From: Macrostomum lignano
Taxonomy: Eukaryota
Direction of reading: 5' to 3'
Length of the DNA: 24,918 nucleotides
Assembly (NCBI GenBank): GCA_002269645.1
Contig: NIVC01005143.1
Span: forward strand, 1 to 24,918
The notes under the pieces: generated by a model
Databases searched by the model: none
What the model was told of the DNA's origin: nothing
Seen by the model: the letters and a program-made list of their open reading frames with translations, nothing else
Translations under genes and position numbers: made by a program
Shown here: positions 9,332 through 21,277 of the stretch, one piece after another
Layout: every line of letters starts with the position of its first letter
Numbering within the stretch: the stretch's first letter is position 1

Positions 9332-12327
9332 TTATATCATAATTTTCCGGTTCAATAAGCAAACGGCCGCGCTACTGTCATGGTGCAGTCTCGGTTGTCC
9401 AAGCTGATCCACCCTAACAGAGCATTTCGTCAAGATGTGCCTGATAACTTCATCGGTCTTCACATGGCGCTTATCGTAGCGCTTGAGCATCTCCTTGAGC
9501 ATCTGCCTGGCCTCAGTTGTACTATCTGTAATCAACGCTACCGCGTGAAGCTCTTCAAAGTCGGCACTCCGCCAATCGCCGCGGACATCATCCAGAAAGG
9601 CTTTGGTAGCAGATCCAGCTTGATCAGGGCTATCAGAGAAACTCATTCGCAGAAGATACAGCAAAACAACAAAGTTCAAGTAGACTCTCCTCTCGTGAAA
9701 CGGCAACACGCTGGGGAAGCACGCCCGGCAGACCAGGTTGATCGACTGATCTCGATCTGGAGCGAACCGGATGCAGTCCACTGTTCCGTGGCCCATGCGA
9801 CAGCAGATTCGCCACAGAGTGTCGTGGCCAGTCAGCTGACTCCAGATCGCCTCTCTGGTTTTAGTTTTACTCAGTCCTTCCTTGATAGTCAAGTTTCGCA
9901 GAACGCGGCTGCTTTGATTGTCCAACAAAACCTTCCGTGCTGCTTCCTCATCGCCCAGTCTCATTAAGGCTAAGACTCTAAGGCAAATCTTGGCCGTATT
10001 AGCAAAGCTTGGAATCTTGTCTAGTTCGAGCATAAAATTCTGGGAAAGAGGCCTGTCTAACTTAATTAGCTCCATCAAGATCCGCTTGATTCGAATGTAA
10101 GCATTATGGTAGGCATCAGTCGATTCCTGGTCGCAAATTAACGAGAAGCCGAACGGGAACAACGCAAACGGGTGCACTGATAAATATCCAGGATCTTCCA
10201 GCGGCTTCAGTTGATCTCGGAATTCAGTTATGTATCTGTCAATATTTCCAATCACATGGTTAATGTGCTCCACAATCTTGCATTTTGGGTAATGATCCTT
10301 TTTAAAAAACAAAATGGTATCTTTTAGGAAGAAATGCGGCATGCAGTACTCTTCAATGTTGGACTTTTCTGTCATATAGTTTCGCAGCATGCGTAGAGCT
10401 GTAATCAATAGGGTTCGAAAATTCTCCGTCTTCCAAGCTTCTTTCGGCGTCTTCTTCAACATAAACAGCTGTATGGACTTGGCGTGGTAAGACTTTAAAC
10501 CGAAACTTTCGTGTTCTGCAGTGCGAATACCGAGCACTTTCTTGACAATGTACTTGAGAATAATATAGAACTGACCCTGCTCAGTGGTCAGTGAGCGGAG
10601 AACAATCCTCTCCAGAATTGATGTGCTCACTCTCAATTGAGTTCCTTCCTTGTTCGGCGTTCCCGCGCGGATCAGATGGCAAGGATACTTTGGTGACTTT
10701 ACTGCGTTACAGAGCTTCTGAAGCACTTCATCTGGAAAGTGTTCCTTGTCTTCTACCGAAGCAAGCATGCTGATTTCCGGATAGCCACACGCTGCATATG
10801 AGTAAACAATATCCATGCTGGGTGTCACATGCGATGCCTGGGTTGTCATCGCTGGCTGCGACACTACAATTATTAACAAGAGGCACGGGAGTCTGTAGAT
10901 GCCAATTATATTTCAAAGATTCAAATAGCAACAGCCATGCCAAACTTACCAACAGAGCGTTTAATTCTAATGTGCCCATTCTTGTAGATGTATTTCATGC
11001 CCTCGTCAATAGCGCACTGGCAAGCACCTTGGATGTGATAGCTCTGTCCCAGCATTATCTCGGTGAAGTCTATGTCCGACTCTCTGCTGACCGAGCCATC
11101 CACTGAGCTCAGATTGCAGCCCCAGCCGTCGCCGAAGCTGCCCAGGATGAAAATGGTTCTAGAATCCTTCTCCAGGTTATTTCCTTGCTTCTTTTGGAAG
11201 AAAGACCTATAGACGCCCTGCACTACGTCGGCGGCAGCGGTTTGCACTCGCGATCGTTCCCTGGTGAAGCCTGCTTCAGACATCCTTTTGCTCAGCTCGT
11301 TCATATCGACAGGCTGCCTGAAAAACAAAAATTTGTAGACATTTCCGCTTAACTTAAAAATACGAGTAAACGCATTCACATGAGCATCAAGCTACAATCA
11401 ATAGTAAGAAGCTTACAAAGAGCTACAGGCGGGTTTTTGTTCAGAACGCAAAGACGCTTCTGGATGAAGCAAATCGGCCAGCTCTTCGTTACCAAGGCTT
11501 TTGCAAATCTCAATGGCATGACGCCTCTGCTGCTCAGACACTCGGTCCCAAAGCAGGCGAGCGGTGGAACGGCGGTCGTAGGCGCAGCTCTGCGCCAGAG
11601 GGCACACTGTTGAACTGTCGGATTCATCGATATCCGGATTGTCACCCGAGCTCAGCAACAGCTTCACTACCGAATCGTGTCCGTTGCATGCAGCCAGCGA
11701 TAGAGCTGTTTGTCCATCAGTACAGCGAGCCTCAATATTGGCTTGATAGTCGATGAGGATCTTCACAATATCAACAAAGCCGCCTTCGGCAGCCGCCATG
11801 AGAGGTGTGTGACCGTCATCTCTGGCCAGCTCCGAGTCTGCACCAAGCCCGATTAGGAGTTCAACAATTTGCCGAAAGTTTGACTGGCACGCCACCCACA
11901 GGCAGGATTCTCCGTTGCTTCTGGTCGCGTTGTAATTGCAGCGAGAGTCAATCAGCAGTTTCACAATTTCGTAGAATCCGTAAGAAGTGGCCGTCCACAG
12001 GGCCGTCACGCCCCGAGAATCGGGAATCTCGGGATCGGCTCCCCCGTCGAGCAGAGTCTGAATGACTTCAATGTGCCCGTTGGCCGCTGCAATCCACAGT
12101 CCCGTCACATTGCCGTTTCGCAACTGAGCGTCGAGGTTAGCCTTCTTCTCGATGAGAACTCTGAGACAGTCTAAACAGACGTTCCTAGACGCGAACCAAA
12201 CTGCAGTCTCGCCGTTTTTATTTTCGTAGTTGGGATCTACTCCAGTGTCGATCAAGTCGCGTAGCCGTCTCGACAGGTTTTCTTTCGCACATTTCAGCAG
12301 CTCTTCGCCAGAGTCTGCCGATGCCAT
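9332..12327 (-). CDS. Ankyrin-repeat + Mab-21/cGAS-like nucleotidyltransferase (cGLR-type) protein, copy B, 936 aa, intact
   Basis: join(complement 11417-12327, 10950-11317, 9332-10863) = 2811 nt, open throughout. Intron 11318-11416 (GTAAGC..TTTCAG, phase 2) and intron 10864-10949 (GTAAGT..TTGTAG, phase 1). About 7-8 ANK repeats (e.g. GHTPLMAAAEGGFVDIVKILID). NTase motif LGS..DIDF, third Asp in SMDIVY, Mab-21 motifs QLRVSTSILER, LKSYHAKS (cf. cGAS SSYHVKT) and MPHFF. Confidence 0.92.
11479..12204 (-). repeat. Segmental direct repeat copy 1 (726 bp) within the ANK exon of copy B
   Basis: Base-by-base comparison with 15599-16322 gives 5 substitutions and 2 single-base indels. Confidence 0.95.
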
Positions 12328-12777
12328 TCAGGCAGATCTGAGTGGCATTGCTGCTGCAGAGGAGTGGCTTCTTCAGTTCTTTGTTTTAGTACCTTTTAAT
12401 TGGCACCAGGTATGAATTGGTTGAAACAAGTGTTATAAGCGGCTACGAGCTATATGCTTGTGTTTATGATATAATAGCTGAATATAGAGTAGCTTACTAT
12501 AAATGAATGAGCATCGCAGCTATATAAACAGAACAATTAAACTGTACAGTGTACCGTGCAAAATGTACAGCGCTGCCTTGTACGGGCGCACTGTTATGGA
12601 GAAAGCCTAAAAAAGGTACTTCATGCCCGCATACGCTCGTACTCATGCACGAGTACACTTAGCCTGACAAATTCAAAAAGGAACATAAGTTCCTCTCTAC
12701 CAATCTACTATGGATGACTCACACTCACCGGCCAACCATTCTCTGTCTGTGTCTGGCTGCTGAAATGCGCGCTCACC

Positions 12778-13295
<518 letters not shown>

Positions 13296-13435
13296 GACAG
13301 ACTGTAGGGCAAGATAAAAACCAAAAGGCAACAATTTACCTCGTACTTTTTAAACTGAAACAATGCCAATTCAAAGTGCGCCATGCGATATTTACTATGG
13401 GGTTAGAATGGTTTGGCATGCGGAATAAAAAATTC

Positions 13436-16400
13436 CTATATGAAAAAAATTCCTGCCGATCTACAGTAGATACATGTTAGGTTAAACATCGCAAGTCTAT
13501 TGAAACAGGCTTTTGCGTCAGAGTCGTGACGGACAGCCGAACAGTCAACTTTCCGACCAAGAATTTGATTGATGAGGACGTCCGTCTTCTCGTGACGCAA
13601 ATTGAAAAGTCTGCGCATCGCCTGCAAGGCCACTCGCTTTTTGTCCCGATCAGTGGCGAGCTGAGCGGCTGCAAACAACTCCTCGAAATCAGCGCCTCTG
13701 CAGCTGTCATCAATGACAAGTTGCGACCAAGCGAGGCCGCGGTCTGTATCAGAGGGATTTAGAAGTCGCAGTCTGAGGAGCTGCAGCAGCACTTCAAAGT
13801 TCAGGTACAGCCGCCTGTCGTGGTTTGGTATCCGGCTGGGGAAGCACGCCCGGCAGACAACGGGAGAGAAGCTCTCGTTGTCTTCAAAATCGATCCGGCA
13901 GCACATTCGCCACATTGAATCGCAGCTTTTCAACTGCTCCAAGATGTTCAGCTTGATACTCTCGAAGCTGCTTTCTTTGTCTGCACTGACAGACAGGTAT
14001 CGACAGGCAGTAAACTCGCTGTGCTCGAGTAGTAGGCGTCTGGCATCTTCGTTTTCACCTTGACGAATGAGCATCAACACTTTTAGACAGAGCTTGGCAG
14101 TGCGAGCGAACTCTGGAGACAGTCAATACCCGAGCCAATGTCCTCCGGCAGCGCGCTGTCCTTGGCTATTCCAAGTGTAAGCTTCAGGTACTTCTTGATG
14201 CGAATGTAGGCATTGTGAAACACATTCTCCGACTCTGTCGAATCGTCAAACAGAGAAAAGCCGAATGGAAAAAGCGTAAAAACATGCAGCGAAAGATGAT
14301 CGTTGCATTCAAGTGGCTTCAGTTGATTTTTAAATTCGACCAAGTATCGATCGATATTTTCAATCACGTGACTAATGAGCTGTATGATCCTAGATTTTGG
14401 GAGATGGTCTCTCTTCAAATACAACACCGCATCCTTCAGAAAGAAATGCGGCATGCAGTACTTCTCATCGTCTGGTAGTTGTTCATAAAAGACTTTAGCA
14501 TAGCGAGCGCTGAGATCAGCAGCTGGCGAAGATTATCGACTGACCACGCGTCGCTGTCAGTTTCCTTCAGCATGAAGAGCAGCAGCGATTTCGCGTGATA
14601 CGATTTGAGGCCAACGCATTGGTACTCTTCTCTTCTAGTACCAAGCACTCTCTTGATGATGAACTTCAGTAGAATGTAAAACTGACCCTGCTCGGTGCTC
14701 AGTGAGCGTAGAACTATGCTCTCCAGGATTGAAGTGCTCAATCTCAGCTGAGTGCCCTCTTCGTCTGGCGTTCCAGCGCGTATTAGCTGAACCAGGTGCG
14801 TCACCAGTGCGACTTCTTTTTTCAGCAGTGCCGTGATTTGCTTTGGAAAGTGCTTGCAGTCCTCTTCACTATCGGTTACAATGCTCAGTGCTGGATAGCA
14901 GCAGGCGGAATAGGCGTAAACAACGTCCATGCTGGGCGTTACAGGAGACGCCTGAGTTGTCATGGCTGGACGCGAACCTAAATTTATTGGTTTATTGCGA
15001 GAAATGTATTGGTAATTTTTTGGATAATATTCTTTTAAGTTCGACACTGGAAGAAAAACTAACCAACAGTAAGTTTTCCGGCAAGCATAACGTGCCCAGC
15101 TTTGTAGACAACCTTTTCCTCTTCAGACACGTCTTTGCACTTGCAAAAGTTCTTCAGGTGAAACTTTTGGCCACGCATGATCTCTGCGAAATCAATATCG
15201 GAGTCAAGGCCTATGGAACCGTCCGCTGTGCTGAGATTGCAGCCCAAGCCATCGCAGAAGCTTCCAAGAACATAGAAGTTGTCGATATGAAAATAACACC
15301 TGAAAATGACTTGCACAATATCAGCTGCGGCGGCGATGACTAGCGACCTTTCCTTTGTAAATCCTGACCGCTTCATCTCTGCCGATAATTCACTAAAATA
15401 TTTAAGGAATTTAGCTCCGATTTTTCATATATGTCCATCATGTGTGGGGCAAAATGTTCTCGTCGTTTTAAATAATCTACTTAAGAATTTAAAATCGAAA
15501 GAAAATATTCCGGGCATTTACCCCATATCTAGACAATATGCCGACGATTCTTGACCATGAAGATCTTGAAGATCTTCAAGAACTTGAAGAAGCGCTTTCA
15601 GCTCTTTGTTACCAAGGCTTTTGCAAATCTCAATGGCATGACGCCTCTGCTGCTCAGACACTTGGTCCCAAAGCAGGCGAGCGGTGGAACGGCGGTCGTA
15701 GGCGCAGCTCTGCGCCAGAGGGCACACGGTTGAACTGTCGGATTCATCGATATCCGGATTGGCACCCGAGCTCAGCAACAGCTTCACTACCGAATCGTGT
15801 CCGTTGCATGCAGCCAGCGATAGAGCTGTTTGTCCATCAGTACAGCGAGCTCAATATTGGCTTGATAGTCGATGAGGATCTTCACAATATCAACAAAGCC
15901 GCCTTCGGCAGCCGCCATGAGAGGTGTGTGACCGTCATCTCTGGCCAGCTCCGAGTCTGCACCATGCCCGATTAGGAGTTCAACAATTTGCCGAAAGTTT
16001 GATGGCACGCCACCCACAGGCAGGATTCTCCGTTGCTTCTGGTCGCGTTGTAATTGCAGCGAGAGTCAATCAGCAGTTTCACAATTTCGTAGAATCCGTA
16101 AGAAGTGGCCGTCCACAGGGCCGTCACGCCCCGAGAATCGGGAATCTCGGGATCGGCTCCCCCGTCGAGCAGAGTCTGAATGACTTCAATGTGCCCGTTG
16201 GCCGCTGCAATCCACAGTCCCGTCACATTGCCGTTTCGCAACTGAGCGTCGAGGTTAGCCTTCTTCTCGATGAGAACTCTGAGACAGTCTAAACAGACGT
16301 TCCTAGACGCGAACCAAACTGCCGTCTGGCCGTCTTTATCAGCATGGTTTACTGAGGCGCCTGCGTCGATGAGTCTCTTTAATTCCTTGTAATCATTTTT

Positions 16401-16487
16401 TTCAGCTACTCGAAGTAGTTGTTCGCCTTCAGCCGATATAAGGTTTTGATCGGGGATATGCTGCTCCAGACTCGCACGTGTAATCAT
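13436..16487 (-). pseudogene. Ankyrin-repeat + Mab-21/cGAS-like protein, copy A; four -1 frameshifts, so either a young pseudogene or an intact 946-aa gene with consensus errors
   Basis: Exons complement 15522-16487, 15064-15392, 13436-14977. Introns 15393-15521 (GTAAAT..TTTTAG, phase 2) and 14978-15063 (GTTAGT..TTTAG, phase 1) match copy B in position and phase. Single-base deletions lie near 16003, 15850, 14470 and 14111; adding 2 nt to exon 1 and 2 nt to exon 3 restores frame. No in-frame stops. LGS..DIDF, SMDVVY and LKSYHAKS are intact. Identity as a paralogue is high confidence; pseudogene status is uncertain. Confidence 0.6.
15599..16322 (-). repeat. Segmental direct repeat copy 2 (724 bp) within the ANK exon of copy A
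   Basis: About 99% identical to 11479-12204, offset about 4120 bp. Confidence 0.95.
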
Positions 16488-17325
16488 GGTCGTGAAAGCT
16501 TTTCTACCAGACGTACGAGCGTAAAGATTAGATCGAAAACTCTAAGTGGAACTTGCTGTCATGCGTATTTACGTTTCACTCTGAGCACCCGAATTTTCTT
16601 TCCCTTGCTGCAAAATTCAGTGTACACGCTGCACATGCGCTGTACGCGAGACTGTACTTTGTGCGTACACTGGTGTGGAAGTCAATTACCCTGTCTTTTA
16701 AAATTCGAAAATCAATTTTATTAATAAATAGTGAATTCTATCAAGACCATTGTTTACTTATTAAGGCTTTGAATATAGCATGCCGCATTTCAAACCGAAG
16801 CGGCTAAAGTAAACTTGTAAGCTTGTAACTTGTATGTAAAATCATATTAAAAGTAAATATTATTGGAAGTATGAGGTCCAACTTGGATTTTGATTTATTG
16901 AAGCAAAAGCCATTGTACAGCAAATTATAACTTCAAACTCTCGACCACCCAGGAAGAAAATCTACTTAGCGAATAGAAAAATATCTGAAAGTTATGAAGA
17001 TTCACAACACCGTTGCAGATAATTTTGATGAGAAGTTCAGGCCAGACCCTCACAGTCCTCGTCATCTCTAGCAGATCTGGGAAAGTGCAGGACGTAATTA
17101 GCTGCTAAAAGTCATTGCTGATAGTTTACTCTCATCAAAGTTTGGCACGATTGGCCCCAATGGGACCCATTGCCTTGGAGAGATGGCCTGGGCAGCCGCC
17201 TACGATATCAGGCCTAGTTGTTAGTTCGTAGTTGGTGTCGACACGCCAAGCGACACGCTAAAAATCCCTTGTGGGCATCATTTCCTGCTCAGTTTACGGT
17301 CTGCCATCTAATTTCTGCATTGCAG

Positions 17326-17451
17326 GCGGCCGCATGTGGTTCTACGGAAGTGCGGAGACATCGTGGATCGAGATGACACGCTCCGACGGTCCCGAAACCA
17401 TATCCGGGCATCAGGTCTTCTTTCAGACGTGCTGCAAACTATTCGGCAAGG
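17326..17451 (+). CDS. Alpha-arrestin coding exon 2
   Basis: Acceptor TTGCAG| and donor G|GTCAGT, phase 1/1. Encodes GRMWFYGSAETSWIEMTRSDGPETISGHQVFFQTCCKLFGK, the arrestin-N G-x-A-x-x-x-W segment, in frame with exons 1 and 3. Confidence 0.85.
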
Positions 17452-18040
17452 GTCAGTTAATGTGCAGCTTTGATGTGGAAATTTCTAGATTTTCTTCTCA
17501 TAAAGTTTTAAATTGGTTCTAATTTTAGACGGATAGAAAATCCTGCCCAAGTGCCTTAGCTTACTTCTTACTGGAAAAATCTACCATAAAAAGTCCGGCA
17601 ATGTGCTAACTATAAGAGCAGGAGCACAGTTTGCCTCATTTGAGTGGCTTACTGGACTCCGTGCTCATTTAGATTATTTTAGACAAAGCGCGTCCATGTC
17701 TCCCCAATGGTACTTTTACCCCCACTGTGCAAGGACTTGATCCCGCCTGGTTCCGTTTCTTGAGTGTTTTTAAGTGACACGTTAATCGATTAGGCTGAGG
17801 GCTCGGTCTCAATAACTGTGTGGTCTGTTTTCTTCGATTGAGAGCTCCGGCTTGAGTATTGCTAGTAGCAATTTCGGAGCAAGGGAAGCTTCAGGAAATC
17901 GGGACAGAAAAACCATCCAATATAGGCAGACAAATACGCCAAACTAGAACTACAGCACACAGTGGAGCTGAACTAGATGCCGTCGAAGTATATGTTGTAT
18001 TTTGTTTATTGAAGCATAAATTTTGCTTTATTTCTTCCAG

Positions 18041-18294
18041 ACTTTGACGAAAATAGCGACGGATCCTGCTACACAATCAGTCCCGGTTTCCACCAGTTTC
18101 CATTCAAGTTTCAACTGCCAGAAAGGCTGCCTTCATCATTCGAATATTACTCAGAGACAGGCCGAATCAAGGCGCGCATTACATTCAACGTCAAGGCGGA
18201 AGTTGAAAACGCGAAGCGCTCGGCCAGTCATAGTCGGGAGCGAACGATACTAGTTGTGAATTACTATGACTTGAACGCTCACCGTCATCTTATT
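18041..18294 (+). CDS. Alpha-arrestin coding exon 3
   Basis: TTCTTCCAG| ... |GTAAGT. Encodes PGFHQFPFKFQLPERLPSSFEYYSETGRIKARITFNVKA, the hallmark arrestin-N GxHxFPFxFxLPxxLPSSFE motif. Confidence 0.93.
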
Positions 18295-18450
18295 GTAAGT
18301 GATTCGCCATAATCAGTAATGAGTACGAGTATGAGCATGATGAAGGAATAGAGCAGATGCTTAGTAGAAAACGCCGTCGAAATCTCTAGAGCGTTAAAAA
18401 CTGTCGTCATAACCAATGACGCGACATTTCGAATCAAAATTATCATCCAG

Positions 18451-18813
18451 GATCGGGTCTGCTTGAAAAAGGAGATCTCCCTAGCCTATTGCTGCGTGAG
18501 CAAAGGACGGATAATCTGCGAATTATCGCTGGCAAAAACTGGCTACGTGCCTGGCGAGACAATGGACATTAGCGTGCACCTGTTCAACAGTTCCTCCGCC
18601 TGCGTCCGCAGCACCCACATCACCTTCCAGCAGCGCGTGTTCCTGTCGGCAGGCAGTCATAGGAAAGTGGCCTCGGCGCTGATATTCAGCATCTCTGGCC
18701 AACGCGTCAAACCCGGCGCTTCGGGTTATTACCACGACGTGATCCACATCCCACCTCTGCCGCCAACTGGAATGCCGCACTGCGAGATTATCGATCTGGA
18801 ATATGTGGTGCAG
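18451..18813 (+). CDS. Alpha-arrestin coding exon 4 (arrestin-C domain)
   Basis: CATCCAG| ... CAG|GTGAGT, 121 codons, phase 0/0. Encodes KGRIICELSLAKTGYVPGE..IPPLPPTGMPHCEIIDLEYVVQ. Confidence 0.93.
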
Positions 18814-19579
18814 GTGAGTACTGAAGTTTTTATGCATTTGAAGACGCAAGACAGTTTCTTATAGCAAGATTTGAATCATTTTTCTTGCATCAGTATAACT
18901 CAGAAGAAGCTAGCCGTTGACGGGACTAGCCGCACATAGTCACGAGCGGGAACTTACCAGGTTTTGATCGAATTCGCGATAAACCAATTCAGACACGCGA
19001 GCTAAATTAGCTAGCTTAGGACAGTAAACAGCTATAAAATGCAAGTATCAATAGAAAGGCGTCAACGCTAAAACCCCAAATCAAGCCGAGACCAGTTCTG
19101 CCTAATAAAACTGCTTCTGAGCGAGTCTGGCACACGAGACGGAACTCAATTAATCCCATGCTGCCGAATGTAACGAATTTCGATTTCGATTCCGCACCAA
19201 GCCAGCTTTAACTTCGGCAGCCTCTCTCGGTCCTCTGCACCCGACTCAATCTTGCCGAGTTTTTCTTCTTCTGGTTTCTTAGTTAAGACTCCTTAGCTAG
19301 GGAATAGCATGCTTGAGCATTGCTTTAGTACAAATCATTGCTATTATTGATCCGATCCGCGATGCCACAGAACATGCCGTTGCTTGAAAAAATCGAATGC
19401 CAACGGAGCGGATGAAGGCAAGATGTACCCCCGAGAACAGAGAGCACTTTATTACATCGCGTTTTAGAAGTTGGGAAAAGTATTACCCAAAGTGGTGCTC
19501 AGATAGGGTTTTTTCGGTGCATGACATGGCTGTCACATGGCTACCACAAAAAGTTACTTACGCAATTGAACTGGATTAG

Positions 19580-19584
<5 letters not shown>

Positions 19585-19644
<60 letters not shown>
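19585..19644. repeat. (CA)30 microsatellite about 40 nt upstream of the exon 5 acceptor
   Basis: Read directly. Confidence 0.97.
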
Positions 19645-19645
<1 letters not shown>

Positions 19646-19684
19646 CTGATTACACACTCCCCCATCCCGTTTTGCATCCTACAG

Positions 19685-19796
19685 ATTCAAATCGAGGCCT
19701 CGGGAGCTTTCGGGCAAACGCAGGTGCTTGAGCTGAGCCTGCCAGTCATCATAGGTAACGTGCCGCTTCGCGAATCTTTCATGGACAACAAGCAAG
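19685..19796 (+). CDS. Alpha-arrestin coding exon 5
   Basis: CCTACAG| ... G|GTGAGT. Encodes IQIEASGAFGQTQVLELSLPVIIGNVPLRESFMDNKQ, the end of arrestin-C (LPVxIGxVP). Confidence 0.9.
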
Positions 19797-19977
19797 GTGA
19801 GTGTTTGTTCACCTTAGGCTTCTGATGCACCGCTGGTACTCCTGTCTCTCCAATGAGATTTTTCTAAACGGAAAAGTTAATGTAGAGTTATAACTACGAG
19901 CGTACAAGGTCTTAAAAGGCTACCAAAATGCACACAAAAACACGCATATTCGCAATAGCCTATGCCACGCTTTGCAG

Positions 19978-20390
19978 TTGTCCCCTGCTTTGCCCACTTC
20001 GATTTCGGCACCGGAGACATTATCGAGCACAGTCCCAGCGAGCTGTCAACGGAAACGCCTCGGCCTGTGTACACCTACTACAAAACCGAGCGGCGACCTC
20101 TTGCCGGTACCGACTATGGCGACGGCGCAGGCACGGATTCCGTTATTGGCGTTGGCTACGGCAGCAGCAGTCAGGTGAGTCTCGACCGCGGACGTCAGCA
20201 GCAGCAGCAGCAACAGCAGCAAAATTTACGACCAATTATGGCTGCATCTTCCCTGGATACCAATGCATCATCCAGCCTGATGGCTAGCGGCGGAGGCGGA
20301 GGAGGCGGAGGTGGAGGCGGCGGCGGCGGAGGCAGGTGTTCCAGCCGGTCCAGTTACGGTGGACGAAACGGCACCATCACAGCCATCTGA
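19978..20390 (+). CDS. Alpha-arrestin terminal coding exon 6 with Q9 and G15 runs
   Basis: TTTGCAG| phase 1. Encodes VVPCFAHFDFGTGD..PRPVYTYY.. to TGA at 20388-20390. A consensus internal donor CAG|GTGAGT at 20174/20175 makes the true 3' end uncertain. Confidence 0.7.
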
Positions 20391-21277
20391 TGATTGAGAA
20401 AGGACCGATACTTTCCAGCTGATGACGTGAATTATTGCAGCATAAACACTGAGGACCGCTTACCGTTAGTTCGCCTTCCGACAAGATTTGCTAGATTTTA
20501 TCAATTCATCTTTCAGAGAAGGATCCCCTCAGTCTTTGACGATTAATCACGATAATACGATCCGTCGTCCACGGATGACCACGCAGTCAGCGCCTCTGAT
20601 ACCTGGACTGTCTCGCAGATGTCTATCGGTCTTTCTCGGCATCTTTCTCAATCAGATTGGGCTTCCCCATCTCAGACTGCCTGCCTGTTTGCAGAATTAT
20701 TCTGTTTATTTATTTGCAATTGCTTCAACCGTGCGTCAGTCCAGTCCGCGCTCCGAATTCTTTGCGTCTCTGACTGCTAGCGAATGCTTTGTTTAATTCC
20801 TTTTTTCTTGTCGCTTGCAGTTGCTTCCAAGCGGTTTTGCGGATATTCTAACGAATTAACAATAATTGATTACGTAAACTCGTATTTATAAATTCCTTCC
20901 TTACTTTCCTGTGCTACTACTGCGCTAAGATACAAGAAAAAGCAATGATAACTTGTTAATGATGCTGTTTCCCGTGAACATTCGACTGAGCAATGATCTA
21001 AATATATTGTCAAATGGAAGCCATCTTGTTATTTAAAAATCTTGAGAGAAAATTATGACACTCAGATGCAAAAATATTTAATAGTTTTTGCTAATTTTCT
21101 ACTATTTTTATTTTACCTACAAACGAGTATTATCCAGCAGATTGTTCTGGCGTAAAAAAAACATTTAGATGACTTTGATTTTCAAAGTGAATGGAGATAG
21201 CAATTAATGATATCGAAATGACAAGCTGATGAAAAGTTTTAGTATAGAGGATTGGGTGAATTAATGTTTATAAAGTG

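Noticed and set aside
9380-9967. 195-aa + strand ORF and other antisense ORFs over the ANK-Mab21 genes and arrestin exon 4 (e.g. 15538-15975, 14843-15343, 18523-18849)
   Set aside because: Shadow ORFs of GC-rich coding sequence; no recognisable motifs.
10891-10898. Alternative acceptor CTACAG in copy B intron 2
   Set aside because: Using it gives D-S-R-A-S-C-stop; the acceptor at 10864 keeps frame and matches copy A in position and intron length.
10864-11416. Apparent stops and frame changes splitting copy B into three ORFs (pseudogene?)
   Set aside because: Fully explained by two canonical introns that restore a 936-aa frame and are mirrored in copy A.
19928-20287. Alternative frame for arrestin exon 6 via the acceptor at 19958
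   Set aside because: It gives an Arg/Cys-rich sequence unlike arrestin tails; the 19978 acceptor has a better pyrimidine context and yields the PVYxY-type ending. Not formally excluded.
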